NCBI GenBank assembly: GCA_040954595.2
Contig: CM082591.2
Location: forward strand, 7,306,047 to 7,370,046
Reading direction: 5' to 3'
Length of the DNA: 64,000 nt
From: Balanoglossus misakiensis
Taxonomy: Eukaryota > Animalia > Hemichordata
The notes below the pieces were generated by a model that had not been told where the DNA came from, did no database searches, and saw only the letters and a program-made list of their open reading frames with translations. Numbering within the stretch: the stretch's first letter is position 1; every line of letters begins with the position of its first letter. This document shows, in pieces, positions 25,301 through 37,200 of this stretch. A program made the position numbers and the translations under genes.

Positions 25301-26184
25301 GATACCCAAGCAAAAATACTGAAAAAACAAAGTTTGAGTTACTGAAGCTTTAAAAGTGTTCTCCCCTGGGAATTTCTGGTATTAAAATGGCTAATTTACA
25401 TAACAACACAATAATTGTTATGCAGATAAGTCGATTTTAATGATCCTGCTTGCCTCTGCTGCGCTGTAGCGACTGTAAACACTTTTGCTTATCACGTACG
25501 TCACATCATTCACTGTCACTCATAGCGGGTCACCGAGTACTACTTGTACATTTTGTATTAAAAGGTCCCTGGTACTGATATTGAATAATATGTTGGTCAG
25601 GAATTAGCATGCAATGTGAATTTTAAACGGTGCATTGCTGCACGCAAATAAACCTGCATCAAATAGTATAAGTTTTAGGCTCTTTCAGAACGTTCCAAGT
25701 GTAGAAATTTTCTCTAAAAATAACTGCATGTGCACAAACTGGGACAGCTGCAGTCTAGTCGAGGGACAGGTCAACAATGTCAGTAGGTCAACACAGAATA
25801 GACGCAGATTATAAAGGCATTCATTACTGATTACTTCCCTTGGAAGTTGCCAAAGTAAGATTTGACTTACCAACGTGTAAAGGGCGGGTTTGAATGGTCA
25901 AGCACTCTTTCGAATTGTTTGAACCAGGTGATTTTTTCGGACGCTTCACCCCAATAATCCTCGGGGTGTTTGATAGCTTCTGCGAACACATTGTCGTATT
26001 TACTAAGTGACCTTGAAGTCGTTGAGAACGCTCTGCGGTGGACCGACAAAACGCCTCTTCGCAAACCCTGTTGTTTAAATGTGCAATCTCTTGAACTGTT
26101 GGTCTGCAAAGTGTGTTTCAAATGTTCTGCTACGACACGGGCGTTTTTGAGGCGGGTGTAACAAGTCGTGCTCGCACAGGCCAT
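13308..26184 (-). CDS. ACSS3: acyl-CoA synthetase short-chain family member 3 (mitochondrial propionyl/acetyl-CoA synthetase)
   Basis: 16 phase-consistent exons: 26184-25871, 25077-24933, 24180-23992, 23183-23052, 22640-22500, 21856-21776, 21252-21157, 19135-18984, 17972-17869, 17366-17271, 16680-16617, 15915-15834, 15311-15189, 14630-14531, 13913-13738, 13403-13308 (2091 nt, ~696 aa). Motifs [62 protein letters not shown]. Arg/Ser-rich N-terminus resembles a mitochondrial presequence. Confidence 0.95.
16200..16400 (-). mobile_element. tRNA-derived SINE fragment
   Basis: Minus strand reads gagggttcgagccctgg (B-box) followed by tgtgtccttgagcaagccactttac, the GTGTCCTTGRGCAAG-type motif common in metazoan SINE cores. 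Boundaries are approximate. Confidence 0.55.
16937..17130. mobile_element. Tc1/mariner-pogo-like MITE (cagtaaaacc terminus)
   Basis: Homologous to 58616-58794, which ends in ggttttactg; internal ccctgtctaa / aaacctgtctaa subterminal repeats. Confidence 0.65.
18035..18179. mobile_element. hAT-like MITE with TIR cagtgttctcccc
   Basis: cagtgttctcccc...ggggagaacactg flanked by ctacag on both sides. An inverted copy at 57441-57585 is flanked by taaat. Confidence 0.8.
18621..18949. mobile_element. palindromic MITE family A (~345 bp, Kolobok-like)
   Basis: agggacaaagtctctctc... arms folding back over the whole length; in an ACSS3 intron. Confidence 0.9.
19732..20621. mobile_element. 890-bp non-autonomous Tc1/mariner-pogo-type element
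   Basis: Perfect 27-bp TIR ccgtatattctcacaaataagcgccac with TA on both sides; internal repeats of aagcgcca; no transposase ORF. Confidence 0.9.
20641..20949. mobile_element. piggyBac-like MITE family B (~310 bp)
   Basis: TTAA|CCCTA...TAGGG|ATAA; near-identical copies in opposite orientation at 24564-24875 and 44354-44659. Confidence 0.9.
20992..21076. mobile_element. 85-bp piggyBac-like mini-MITE
   Basis: TTAA|CCCTTTCACC...GGTCAAAGGG|TTAA. Copies at ~11807, ~12988, ~19408, 30372-30456, 35571-35657, ~42803, ~43940 and 61806-61890. Confidence 0.9.
21933..22387. mobile_element. Kolobok-like MITE family E carrying a nested insertion (21982-22192)
   Basis: TTAA|agtgaaggggtcgtcgcgcc...acccttccct|TTAA; uninterrupted copies at 31327-31561, 33872-34114 and ~37541-37775. 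Confidence 0.85.
23689..23843. mobile_element. TAG...CTA MITE with 9-bp TSD
   Basis: TIR tagactctcccacagccc / gggctgtgagagagtcta, flanked by tttccacct and tttccaccc. Confidence 0.8.
24564..24875. mobile_element. piggyBac-like MITE family B
   Basis: TTAA|CCCTAACGCTGC...GCATTAGGG|TTAA. Confidence 0.9.
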
Positions 26185-26318
26185 GATGTTGTTGATAGAG
26201 CATCTGGTGTCGACCTTTGACCTCAATGGGGAAAGTTGTAGAGCGTTTACCCGAACATAAACCGAAGATTGCCGGGAATCCCCGTGTGTGACGTCACAGC
26301 GTGCCCTCTGAATCCAAA
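26185..26318. promoter_or_regulatory. compact bidirectional promoter, ACSS3 / LIN7
   Basis: 134 bp between divergent ATGs. Contains the palindromic CRE TGACGTCA (26289-26296), a DR1 nuclear-receptor element (26211-26223, minus strand AGGTCAaAGGTCG) and a YY1-like aaaATGGCtgc overlapping the LIN7 ATG. Confidence 0.75.
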
Positions 26319-28996
26319 ATGGCTGCTCCAGGCGAACCCCTGACGCTCGATAAAGGTTAGTTGACGCATTATTTGGCTCATACAAATACACGTCTGTACT
26401 TTCCTAGACCGCATGCACTGCCGGGTGGTAATGATGTCAGTTTTTAAGGTGATTAAAATTGAAAGGAATCGTGGTGATTTCAGTTTGCTAAATAGTCTTG
26501 AACGTTATGGGTGGTTGCTCTGCTTGGTGTAGTGGCAAGGTTGTCAGTGAATTTTGGTTCAGAAGCCCCCGAAATCAGCTGAGACTTCATAACAAAACGC
26601 ATTAACTCTATTTAGTATATTGCCTTGGTTTTGATGATGGAAATTACCAGGTTAAATTTATATTGCATATCCGAATGCAACGAACCTTACCATGTCTTGT
26701 TCAGAGGGGAAATCAGAAACTGAGAAAGGGCGTACCGAAAATGTTGGATGTACATTACCGGTAAAATTTACATACAATGATTACGGGACCGGAAAAGTGG
26801 ATCATACGTGTTTACTATAACACATTTGTGACAGTCGCATGCATTAAGGTGCATGTATAGCATAAACTCACTGGCCGATGATGCATTGTAAGCAAATGGA
26901 TATGTTTTTCATCAAGATGATACAATGTTTAACCCTTCAAGTATAACCCCAGATCATCCATTGTTGGTGCAGCCTGTAGAAATTAGTGTATCTGTGAGAG
27001 CGAGTAAATTTCAATTTGAACAGAAAAAAATGAAAGTATACAACCATTAAATTAATTTATATATCAATTTTTAACATTTTTCTCTCCCCAGATGTCCGAC
27101 GTGCTATAGAACTTCTGGAAAATCTGCAAAAGAGTAAGTAATATAATAATGTTTTATAATAAGTACTGTCTCAGATTGTCACATAAGTTTAACAATCAAA
27201 ATGTGTTCGTTTGGATCCAAACTCCCATCCCCCTCCCCAAAAACGAAACTTCAATAGTGTGAAAAAAAATTTTGTGTTGATACACACACTTTGGAGGTTA
27301 AGGGACAAAGTCTCTCTCATGCTGCCCTTTTTCCATTAATTATTTTAGATACAAGACACTGTTTATGTCAATGTACATGTGTGTATGTAGTGAATGAACG
27401 TTGGACCACACAGATCTTCCATCCCACTTGTATGGTATGAGAGTAAAAACTCGCCCAAAATGAATAAATGGTAAACACCGATTATTCATTTTGGCGAGTT
27501 TTTCACTCTCGTGTCTGCCAGTGGGATGGAAGTTGTCTGTGGTTGAACATTGATTCACTATATATCCACATGTAGAATAACATAAACAGTGTCTTGTATC
27601 AAACATAATTAATGGAAAAAGGGCAGCGAGAGAGACTTTGTCCCTTTAACTTAACAGGGACTGGTGTTTTGAGAATATGTACATGATGATGAAATACTAT
27701 TTAGAGTTCCAAAAACATTGTATATCTTTGTCAATTTCAGATGGGCAGGTGCCTAATCAGAAGCTAGCAGCTCTGCAGAAAGTGTTGCAAAGTGAATTTT
27801 TCACCGCAGTGCGTGAAGTGTACGAGCATGTCCACGAGACTGTGGAGATTTCAGGGAGTCCAGAAATCAGAGCTAATGCTACTGCCAAGGTATGTACGGT
27901 GACTTTTCACCTACAGTCACATTCATTGCACTGACTCTGTGTGTGCTTTGCCGTCGATGATGTCAATCTTGAAATACTGCCTTTTATTGTGTTGGTCAAA
28001 AACAGACCTGTCAGCATTGCAATTGCAATAAAGCACTTGATGCCTGTCAAATATATTGTGTTTATAATTTATATGACACTACCCCTAACCCTAATGCTGA
28101 CCGTCACCCCCATAAAATGGTACAGTCTAAGGTTCCCTCGCATGGCACTGCAATTGAACATCTTGTATTTTTCAACTTGACAGGCGACTGTTGCTGCTTT
28201 TGCTGCCAGCGAGGGACACGCACATCCCCGTGTAGTAGAATTGCCCAAGACAGATGAAGGTTTAGGTTTCAATGTCATGGGTGGAAAAGAGCAGAATTCA
28301 CCCATCTATATCTCGCGTATTATTCCTGGCGGTGTGGCCGACAGACATGGTGGATTGAAACGAGGTGATCAACTTCTCTCAGTCAATGGGGTGGTAAGTA
28401 TTTTAACACCAACTACCGGTACTTATACTATGTGCTTTTTCTGGCAATACAGTGTACACCCAATTCTGGCTGCCTTAAATAGGTTTTCACTTTGCGCTAG
28501 GGGGTCAAATCACATTGCATTCTGGGTGAAAAGTCAACAACCCACTGTAGTAAGAGATAGAAGAAATCATATGTTTACTGTATTTCATGACTTCCTTTGG
28601 TCAAACATGTCTGTCTTTGTAGTTTCCATATTAAACTCATTAAACTTTTTTCACATTTTGTTATTTTTTCTGTTAAAAAGTTTCAGAATGACCCATGATC
28701 ACTTTAGCTTATGAACACCCATTTCTTAAACATGGCAAAAATCGGCTAAAAAGACGACTATGCTCATATTACATGTGCATTCACGATGTGCACACAACAT
28801 GTTATGATAATGGTGACATTCTTGTCTCTGTTTTCAGTCGGTTGAAGGGGAGCACCATGAAAAGGCTGTTGATCTCTTAAAAGCTGCTCTAGGAACTGTT
28901 AAACTGGTTGTACGCTACACACCGAAGGTCCTCGAAGAAATGGAGGCCAGATTTGATAAGCAGCGTATGGCACGCCGACGTCAACAGCAACCGTGA
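26319..28996 (+). CDS. LIN7: protein lin-7 homolog (L27 + PDZ domain; Veli/MALS)
   Basis: Exons 26319-26355, 27092-27133, 27741-27889, 28184-28393, 28838-28996 (597 nt, 198 aa): [101 protein letters not shown]. Confidence 0.97.
27301..27645. mobile_element. palindromic MITE family A in LIN7 intron 2
   Basis: agggacaaag...ctttgtccct|TTAA. Confidence 0.9.
28466..28745. mobile_element. fragment of AATT-targeting element (ctggctgccttaaataggtttt terminus)
   Basis: Same left end as the nested insertion at 21982; internal part is shared with ~14280-14515. Confidence 0.7.
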
Positions 28997-29076
28997 AGTT
29001 CTTTTCAAGGTATTTGAAATTATTGAGAGCTGAAGTTAAGCTACTTTATAGTTGTGAGCAATTTTTGGAGAAACTA

Positions 29077-29253
29077 TTGTAAAACAGGAAATTTTTCGCG
29101 ATATGAATTGTTCACAATATCAAAAGAGGCAAATTTCGCCTTCTCATCATTATCTTCGAAAAAACATTTTTGCACACTTTTTATTTTTGCGTTTTGTTGA
29201 CTCTCACGTAGTTCGCGAAAATGTATCATTCACGACATTTCCCATTTTACAGT
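29077..29253. mobile_element. ctgtaaaac...ttttacag MITE family (TA-flanked, mariner/pogo-like)
   Basis: Related copies at 46283-46479, ~51689-51893, ~55900-56054 and ~60400-60582. Confidence 0.6.
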
Positions 29254-30588
29254 GTGTCAACGAAATCATAGTATTGATGCAATTATCCATAAAAAGTTCA
29301 CAACATTGCCTAATGAAACTAGTTGGAGACTGTTTCATAAATCTATGTTTTATTCAGGACCATGATTGTTGATTTTACCAGTGTAGTCTTACTTTTTTTT
29401 CATTTTTCTACTTACAGATTAATTTAATGACACAATAGTCTGAAGATGGAACTGAAACAATCATGTGATTTTGATGTGATATTATCATGATATGTAACAA
29501 AACTTAATTCACCCAGAAGATATTAAAGTCTCCATTTTTTGCCTAATAGTTGTACCAAAGTATTTTACTAATAAATAGAGATTTACTGATAAACTTTTGC
29601 CACTAATTTACTGGAAACATCTAATAATAATCACAAATGTAGAAACATTTTCTGTATTCGTAGAATAGCAAATTTGCAGTATTTTGTCAATGTTTTATAT
29701 TTCATCTTATTTTAATTTTCATGACATTATCAAGATTGACCATGTAAACATACTTGAACCACTGCCCTTCAGTTCAAATGATTGCCTCAACTAGATGTTT
29801 GTAGAAAAACTTGTACATTTTTAAATTCAAAGTAATAGTGGTTGACTTGCATTAGCTACATTGTTCAAATTAAGATATCAGAAATGTCATTTTTTCTCTC
29901 AACTATCTTATGTATTTCTATTCGAATGAACTTTTTTGTAGTACAGTAGATTTGTGTTTTTTTCCTTCAACTTGTTCAGCTATAAGAGTTGTTTCTAACA
30001 GTGATCATTTCTAACGTATTCACAATGGGAGAATCATATTTTGTGTTGATCTAGTACATCTGTACACTTGAACACAAGAATACAGTGCCACTAACAAGAC
30101 ATTTGTATATTACCAATTTTGACTAATCTGGAATTATTGTACAAGTCAGTAAATGTTTCAAAATCAAATACATGATTGAAATTGCCTTTGTGAAAAGTTG
30201 ATGTTTGTTGATTTTAATACTTTGTACTGTATATTTATATCCCAAGTATTTGAATTGTTGGAAGACCTCTGGTAAAATTGCTGATACAGTTGAACCATGT
30301 TAGAATAAAAAGCTGGGAACCAGGATAATAAGTTCATTAAAACAATGTTAGTAACATCTTTGTCCCTTTAACCCTACCACCCCCATTTCCCTCTGAAGAG
30401 ATCCGGCTTTACCATAGAAAACAATGAATTTGGACCAAACCATGGTGGTGAAAGGGTTAAACTGTCAGGGCGGGTAGGTACCCAGGTAAATATTACCAGG
30501 GTTCACCAGACATTTTACCAGGGTTCCCCATGGTATAGCATTGCAGACATGTCATTTGGAAGCAGAAATGGAACTGTAGTTTGCAATT

Positions 30589-30884
30589 CTTGGCTATCAA
30601 ATGACGTCAGACGCGCTCATGCGGCAGTTACGTGCGCATTCAAATTTCCAGATGACGGGCAACTTCAGCAACGTGGACTTACGTGGTGCAGACAAAGACT
30701 GTGCAGACGAAATGCAATGAGGCTGATGAGACAACATACCCGATACATGTTATGTGTTTGGCGGTTCTAAAGTAAAAACATACTCGGAAAAAACTTTTAC
30801 TGGATGCCGAAATATTGCTTGCCCGTCATCTGGAAATGACTGCGCCATGGGACGCATTGCCAGATCACGTGATTGATAGTAAAG
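30589..30884. mobile_element. MITE family D, AATT-flanked
   Basis: aatt|cttggctatcaa...ttgatagtaaag|aatt. Confidence 0.8.
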
Positions 30885-31326
30885 AATTCATTTACTGTAA
30901 CTAACTTTTGGCGATTTTAAGTTAATTATTACAATTTCTAGCATTTCTTTGCATTTTTATATGTTCTTGCTTTCCATTACTGTAAGACTTTCACGCTTTG
31001 CTGATTTTGAAAAACTGAAGTGGGGTTGTGAATACTTTGACCTTTTTTTTCAACACGCTTATAAAATCTGTTCAACAGAAACAAACAGCAGCTTCTGTCT
31101 GACGATTATTACCAAAAAGAAATGTTAGTTTGTAAGTTGTCAACATCACTAGTTTTCCCAAACCAACCATTATTCGCAATAACTACTCTGTATTAGTAAC
31201 TGAATAAAATATTTTAACCATTAAGGCTTGTTTGCTGTCATTATTATTGCCATAGGGATTTAAAAAGTGCATATAAAAAGCAAAGATCCAGGGTGACAAC
31301 ATTCTTTTATGATACTTTACATTTAA

Positions 31327-31561
31327 AGTGAAGGGGTCGTCGCGCCACGTTTGTTTGTTTATAAACATTACAATTCATCCACAAATCCCTGAAATTAGAT
31401 AATTCTTAGAATGAACGAAGCAGCCAATCGTAGCGTAGACTGGGCATGACAGCAACTCAAGATCCTAGTAGGTCATGGCGACTGCAGTGGGGTTTGTGCT
31501 GGTATGGAAGGACATATTCTCATCAAGGGGGATACCCATGCGGCGCAACGACCCATTCCCT
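31327..31561. mobile_element. Kolobok-like MITE family E
   Basis: TTAA on both sides; AG...CT termini. Confidence 0.85.
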
Positions 31562-33871
31562 TTAAAATCCATTAGAAATTAATTTGTTTTGTATGTTATC
31601 TAGTATTTCAAAATGCTGATTTCTGCTTGTCAAAAGCTATGTTCTTGAGCATTGCTATTGTTGACATATGCATTCAAGTCAGGACATGTATACAATTTTT
31701 TAACAATGTTGATTATGCACACACGGGCTTCGCTGAAAAGACAAATACTAAGTACGTATATAATCCTGCTTTAGTGAGGTGAATAAGTTAACTCATGGAT
31801 TATATGGAAAACAAAAATACTGAAAAATAATCAAAAGTGAAAAAAATAGTGGAGCTTCTATCAACCATTCAAAATGTAACTCTCTCTGAAAGAAACCACT
31901 GACAGTGTGCTGTTGATGGTATCACAGAAATGCAATAAACATATTTGTCCATTCATGAAATATAATTTATTGCACAGAACATATTACGCAAACCTGCATT
32001 TACACATCGCCACTATTTACAGAAAATACATTAAATATATAAACCATTTCCAAAATACAAGGGAAAATCGAATACAAAATTTCATATCACAAGATCTGTT
32101 ACTACATTTCCAATTCAGGCATGCAACTAACTGCACCATGCTCATGTTGCTATAGTAATACTTTGGTAAAATTATGGTTTTCATGGCTAAATTTAAATTT
32201 TTGCTGAAAACAGGGAATCAACCAGTGTGTCCTAAATTCAACACACACATATTAGAATACACAGTGATAGAAGACAGCGATTTGACATTCAACATTTGCA
32301 TAAACATTACTGAAATGTGTTTTTGTTTTTTCAACAAAAAACGTACAGCTAGATGCTATGTATGCTAACATTAACTAACTAAAATGTCATTTCATTTCCT
32401 GCAAACTGATTAAAATTTGCATGCAAGTCCACATTTGAATTCCATGGACATAAATATTAATTGTCATTGCACATATACAGGCTATGTTTGTGAACGACAT
32501 ACTGAGTGTTTTACGATACTCATGGGAGTAGAACAAGAAACTGTAGTTGTCTGCACAGATAAACAATTTCAAGGCAATTGTCAAAATCTAAGATTGTGGG
32601 AAAAAATTTACAGGCAGAAAAGTGTACTACGGGAAATGTGTTCTTTATCTAATAAAACATGAACTGTGAGGCTAGTACTTGGAGTGCTAATTACTGGAAA
32701 TAAACTCGAGATTAGAAAATCTGTCAAATCATGCAGAAGGGAATAAGTTGTAACAGTTTGGGAGACCAATTGCTGGTACAACCACAGTTCAGAAACCAAC
32801 TGTGAGAGCGCTCCACCAGTGCTTTCTCTCAGCAAGAGCTGTGCCACTGGATATTTGCATGCTAACCTTAGTAAAGATAGACAAGTAGTGTGTAGTTAGA
32901 ACACCCACTTTGTTGGAAATACTTTATCCTATATTCTGTGTGAATACAAACACTTCACAAATTCAGTGTATAGAGATATGACTACAGTGTACCATCGGTA
33001 ATTTAAAAAAATACTGATATTTCCTGTAGATTTTATCCCAAATACCTGGTTTTTATAAAGAATACATAAATTTAATAAAAAGATCTGACAAACATTTTGA
33101 TTTTTAAATTTCCATGCATTAGTCTAGTCTGTACAACCACTAGAATTTCCCACCTATTCTCCTTGCAAGATAGAGGTGGACATTATGCAAGAAGTATATG
33201 GCCTCCGATCAATGGTAAAAAAAACAAAATTCCAGTGAATGAATATGAATATGGCAGTGAAAAGTACAGATGTTTCCCAGCCATAAAAATGAAACTAAAC
33301 ATAGATTGTTGGCTATAAATAAATACTTGGAAGTATGTTGTGTAACAGAATGGTTTAGATTGCCTGATTGTTACAAAAACCAAAATGTGCTCAATTTAAT
33401 GTAGTGGCATATTTACCTCGTCAATTCACGTGCAATGTAATTTTACAATTTTAATTTACAAAACAATGCAGTGCAGTACATATGCACTCACATTGGTTTG
33501 GTTTTCTGCAATTTTAAAACCATATTGATTAAAGCCCCAATAGCTGCCATTTTTTGCATTATTTTCATTTTTTTATTTTCAAGCTTTTAATGGTCCATCT
33601 AAACGAGCTGACTGATGGGTTTACACAAACATATTGTCCACCTCTGATTGTGGCTGTAAACTTAAAATGCACAAGATAAATAATAAATGGGTGCCACACT
33701 CGTTTATTCAGATGCCCATTACAGGAGTTTAAGTCTATTGGGGTATGTGCACATGGGTGTTAGAATCTCCACAAATTCAAATTGGAGTTGTTTGTCGACA
33801 TAGGATAAGGAAAAGATTGAATTATATCTGTTAAAAAAATATGCTAAAAGTAGAAGTTATTGAGGCTTTAA

Positions 33872-34114
33872 AGTGAAGGGGTCGTCGCACCGCGTTTGTT
33901 TGTTTATAAACATTACAGTTCATCCTCAAATCCCTGAATTTAGACAATTCTTAGAATGAACGAAGCAGCCAACTGTAGCGTAGACTGGCCATGACAGCAA
34001 CTGAAGATCCTAGTAATAGGTCGTGGCGACTGCAGTGGGGTTTGTGCTGGTATTGGGAGGACATATTCTCATTAAGGGGCCGGGACACCCTCGCGGCGCG
34101 ACAACCCCTTCCCT
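33872..34114. mobile_element. Kolobok-like MITE family E, 90 bp downstream of the SCYL2 stop codon
   Basis: TTAA on both sides. Confidence 0.85.
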
Positions 34115-34204
34115 TTAAAGTACCGAACTTCACTACTACACCATCTGATAAAATGTGAAACATACTGGAAGTGGTATCGAAATCTGTCATGCGTTAGCTA
34201 TACA

Positions 34205-37200
34205 CTAACCTAACAAGTCAGACAAGTCGCTGTCAGCTGTGTTTTGATTGGCGGTTTTAGTACTAGCTGAACTTGACCTTTGCGCCTGCGCTTGGCTTTG
34301 CGCCGCCATCTGGCTCATGGACATTTTCTGTTTGTGTGGAAGAAGGTCATCAAAGGCCGAGAGGTCAATGTGAGATTTGGGTGGGTGTGGGTGTGGTTGT
34401 GAGTGTTGGGATGGTGACGGTTTGCCATACATTGTAGAATGTGGGCCCATTCCCATTCCAATGCCGTATCCACTACTAGCTGTACCGGTACTACCCATGG
34501 AAAATCCAGTGTTAGACGAAACCGTGGATCCCATCCCCATTCCGTACGCAGGACTAGATGAAGGGCTTCCCATTCCAAATGAAGACCCGGAAGACTGCAT
34601 TCCTGTTCCATAACCGCCAGACGTCGGCTGTATTCCGTAAGAAACACCAGACGTTGTTCCCATTCCATATCCAGAACCGGCAGCACCCGACCCGACCCCG
34701 ACGTTACTTCCCGATCCAGTCCACCCACCCCTGTTACCATGGTTCCCGCTTCTCGCGGGCGTCGCCCCGGAAACCTGCGATGATGTCAGCGTTGCTGTCA
34801 AATCCTTTGGCTGCGGTTTGTTTTGCTTGGGTGCTTCTTTCGGCTGCAATGGCTGTTGTTTCTTCAATCTCTGCTGTTGTTCCTGATCTTTCTGTAGTTT
34901 TTGTTTCTCTTCCAGACTTAGAGACGATGCTTTAGGTAGCGCCTGTGGTTTACTGGCTGCTGCTTTCTCTTCACCATGTGCTGCGGCATTCAACTTATCC
35001 GATTTGGACTGGATGAAACTTCCCAAACCAAAACTTTTGAACATCTTGTCCATCTGAAACAGTACGAAGAGTAATGCGCTGCAGTATATCAAATGAAACT
35101 GTATAATGTCCATAGGGGAAACTGATACTTGGAACCAATGTCTTCTGTAGAGCCAGACACTTGCAATACACTTAAAGGCGGGCCATCGTCTTATGCGCAT
35201 GTATCCAATCCAAATGTTCTGCAAATTTTGCATTTAACGCATTCAAATAGTGGACTGCCTTTTCTGCCTTCCATACTTCCTGCATATAAGTTGACTTAAA
35301 TTTTGGCCTCTATTTTCACCCAATTTGCTGTCTTTTCCTGATCTCCAACACAGACTATGGTCACCGCCATCTTGTCTGTTGTAAGGACAGCACACTTCCT
35401 TATATGGCATTGTAACCAGAGTCTCTGGTTTGGCACTTGTGAATAAGACGACTGTCGCCCTTTAAGAGTAAGGAGATCACTTATTTGTGCCATACCATGT
35501 TTGGATCCACTACTCTGGAAGAAGTATCATTTACTGTGTTAAGATTGAATCTCGTCATTCACATTTCTAACCCTTTCACCACCATGGTTCAGTCCAAACC
35601 CATTGTTTTCTACATGGTAAGGTTGGACCTCTAAAGAGGGAACTGGGGGTGAAAGGGTTAAACATCCCTCATCACTGTTCTTTGTGTGCTAAAAAGAGAT
35701 ACTAGTAATCTTACCATACTGTCATCGTCTTCTTTCTTTTGTGTTGGGTTTTCTAATTGATCAAAAAAATCTGGCTTCTTGCCATTGCTTGTTTCACTTG
35801 TATACTCCAGGGTGGACCTACAGGGTACAGAGTCAATTAAGGGAAATTTGTTAGTTACATGTATTCTGTTTGGCCAAAGGTCCAGTCCCATTGTCACTGA
35901 ATATTCGCAAGAGTTCAAAGGTGTGTTCAATATACTGCATATTTTGTGAGAGAGGAAGCAACTAGGTACACTTGCTTTTATCCTGTACTTGCAGTAAAAA
36001 AAAATATAATAATGAGCAAAATAAAACAAGTGCTTGTATAGGCCTAGATTTCTTCAAAGCTCCATTAGCTGTAACCTTTCGCCATGTTTTCAGTATTTCT
36101 GACCAAGAGTTACTGAGTTTTGACCAATTTCACATTTTTCAAGCTAATTTGAATATTTTTGGCAATGACAACATCGTTTGAACAAACTCCCATCTACAGC
36201 CCAGCTTGCATCTGCACACCAAATATCGAGGTGATAGTCACTGTGATTTTCAAATTTTGATGTGAAGACATACATCCATACATACATACAGACACAACTG
36301 ATCCCATAAGTTGCCGTATATATACCGGTACATACATCAAATGGGACCTAAAAACCAGTAAACAAAAGCAAAAGTTACTATAACTATGAGTTCTGTCTGA
36401 AACTGAATAATTTCACCTACTTCTGTTCTTTCTGCATGGTGCTCAGTTGTTGTAATTTACTTCGTTGATCAGTCTCCACTTGTTTCAGCATTTCTTTAAT
36501 CACAGACATGAAAGCGTTAAACTGAAAAGAAATAGCCTCATTGTTAATTAACTACAAACTGTTGATGCAAACTACAGTGAAAAATCTGAAATCTGAGTGT
36601 GCCACAGAAAGCAGACCCCAAAAACTCGCTGAATTTGTAGTATAAACACAATCTGATAACCATCAGATGTAGGGTCTGGCAACGTCTTTTACTTATGCTG
36701 TACGGATTTCTCATGCTGTGGCCTCACACTACATCTGACCAACTCCAATAGAAGCTCCCGTTCAACCTCCTGTTGCGGCTAGGCCAATCAGATTGCATGT
36801 ACGTCAATCCACAATGAAGGATACCTATCGTTCTCTATAAGGCACCTTCTGATTGGTTTACTGGCCCAGTTAAGCCAGAGATTTTGAATGGGAGCTTCTA
36901 TGGGAGTTGGTGAGGCGACAGCATAAGAATACAGTACCGCGGAGTAAAAGACGTTGCCGTACCCTACATCTGATATGTTGAACAGTACTTATTCTCATGG
37001 GTTTATATTCTAAACCTGCCAGTTTTGGTATGTTGTGAGGAACAACAAGTTAGATTTTGTAGTTCTTTGTGTCACACAAATATTAAATAATATATCTGTC
37101 TTATAAAAACTATTACATTTCCATTCCTTTTAATTTCAAATATTTCCTTACACGGAATACTAACCTGATTAAGATTGAGATTGTTATCAATAGATACAGG

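Noticed and set aside
25867-26391. 174-aa ORF implying a longer ACSS3 N-terminus overlapping LIN7 exon 1
   Set aside because: It starts at a non-ATG codon. The ATG at 26184 gives a normal-length protein with a presequence-like N-terminus.
26520-26580. tRNA-like tggtgtagtggcaagg...ggttcag segment
   Set aside because: No acceptor stem or proper T-arm can be formed.
27340-27606. similar ~80-aa ORFs recurring at 27340, 52625 and 61128 as a small gene family
   Set aside because: They are chance frames inside copies of the palindromic MITE.
35054-35233. N-terminal extension of the 342-aa ORF as a separate gene
   Set aside because: It is intronic read-through, partly into a MITE. The true exon starts at the acceptor at 35053 and belongs to SCYL2.
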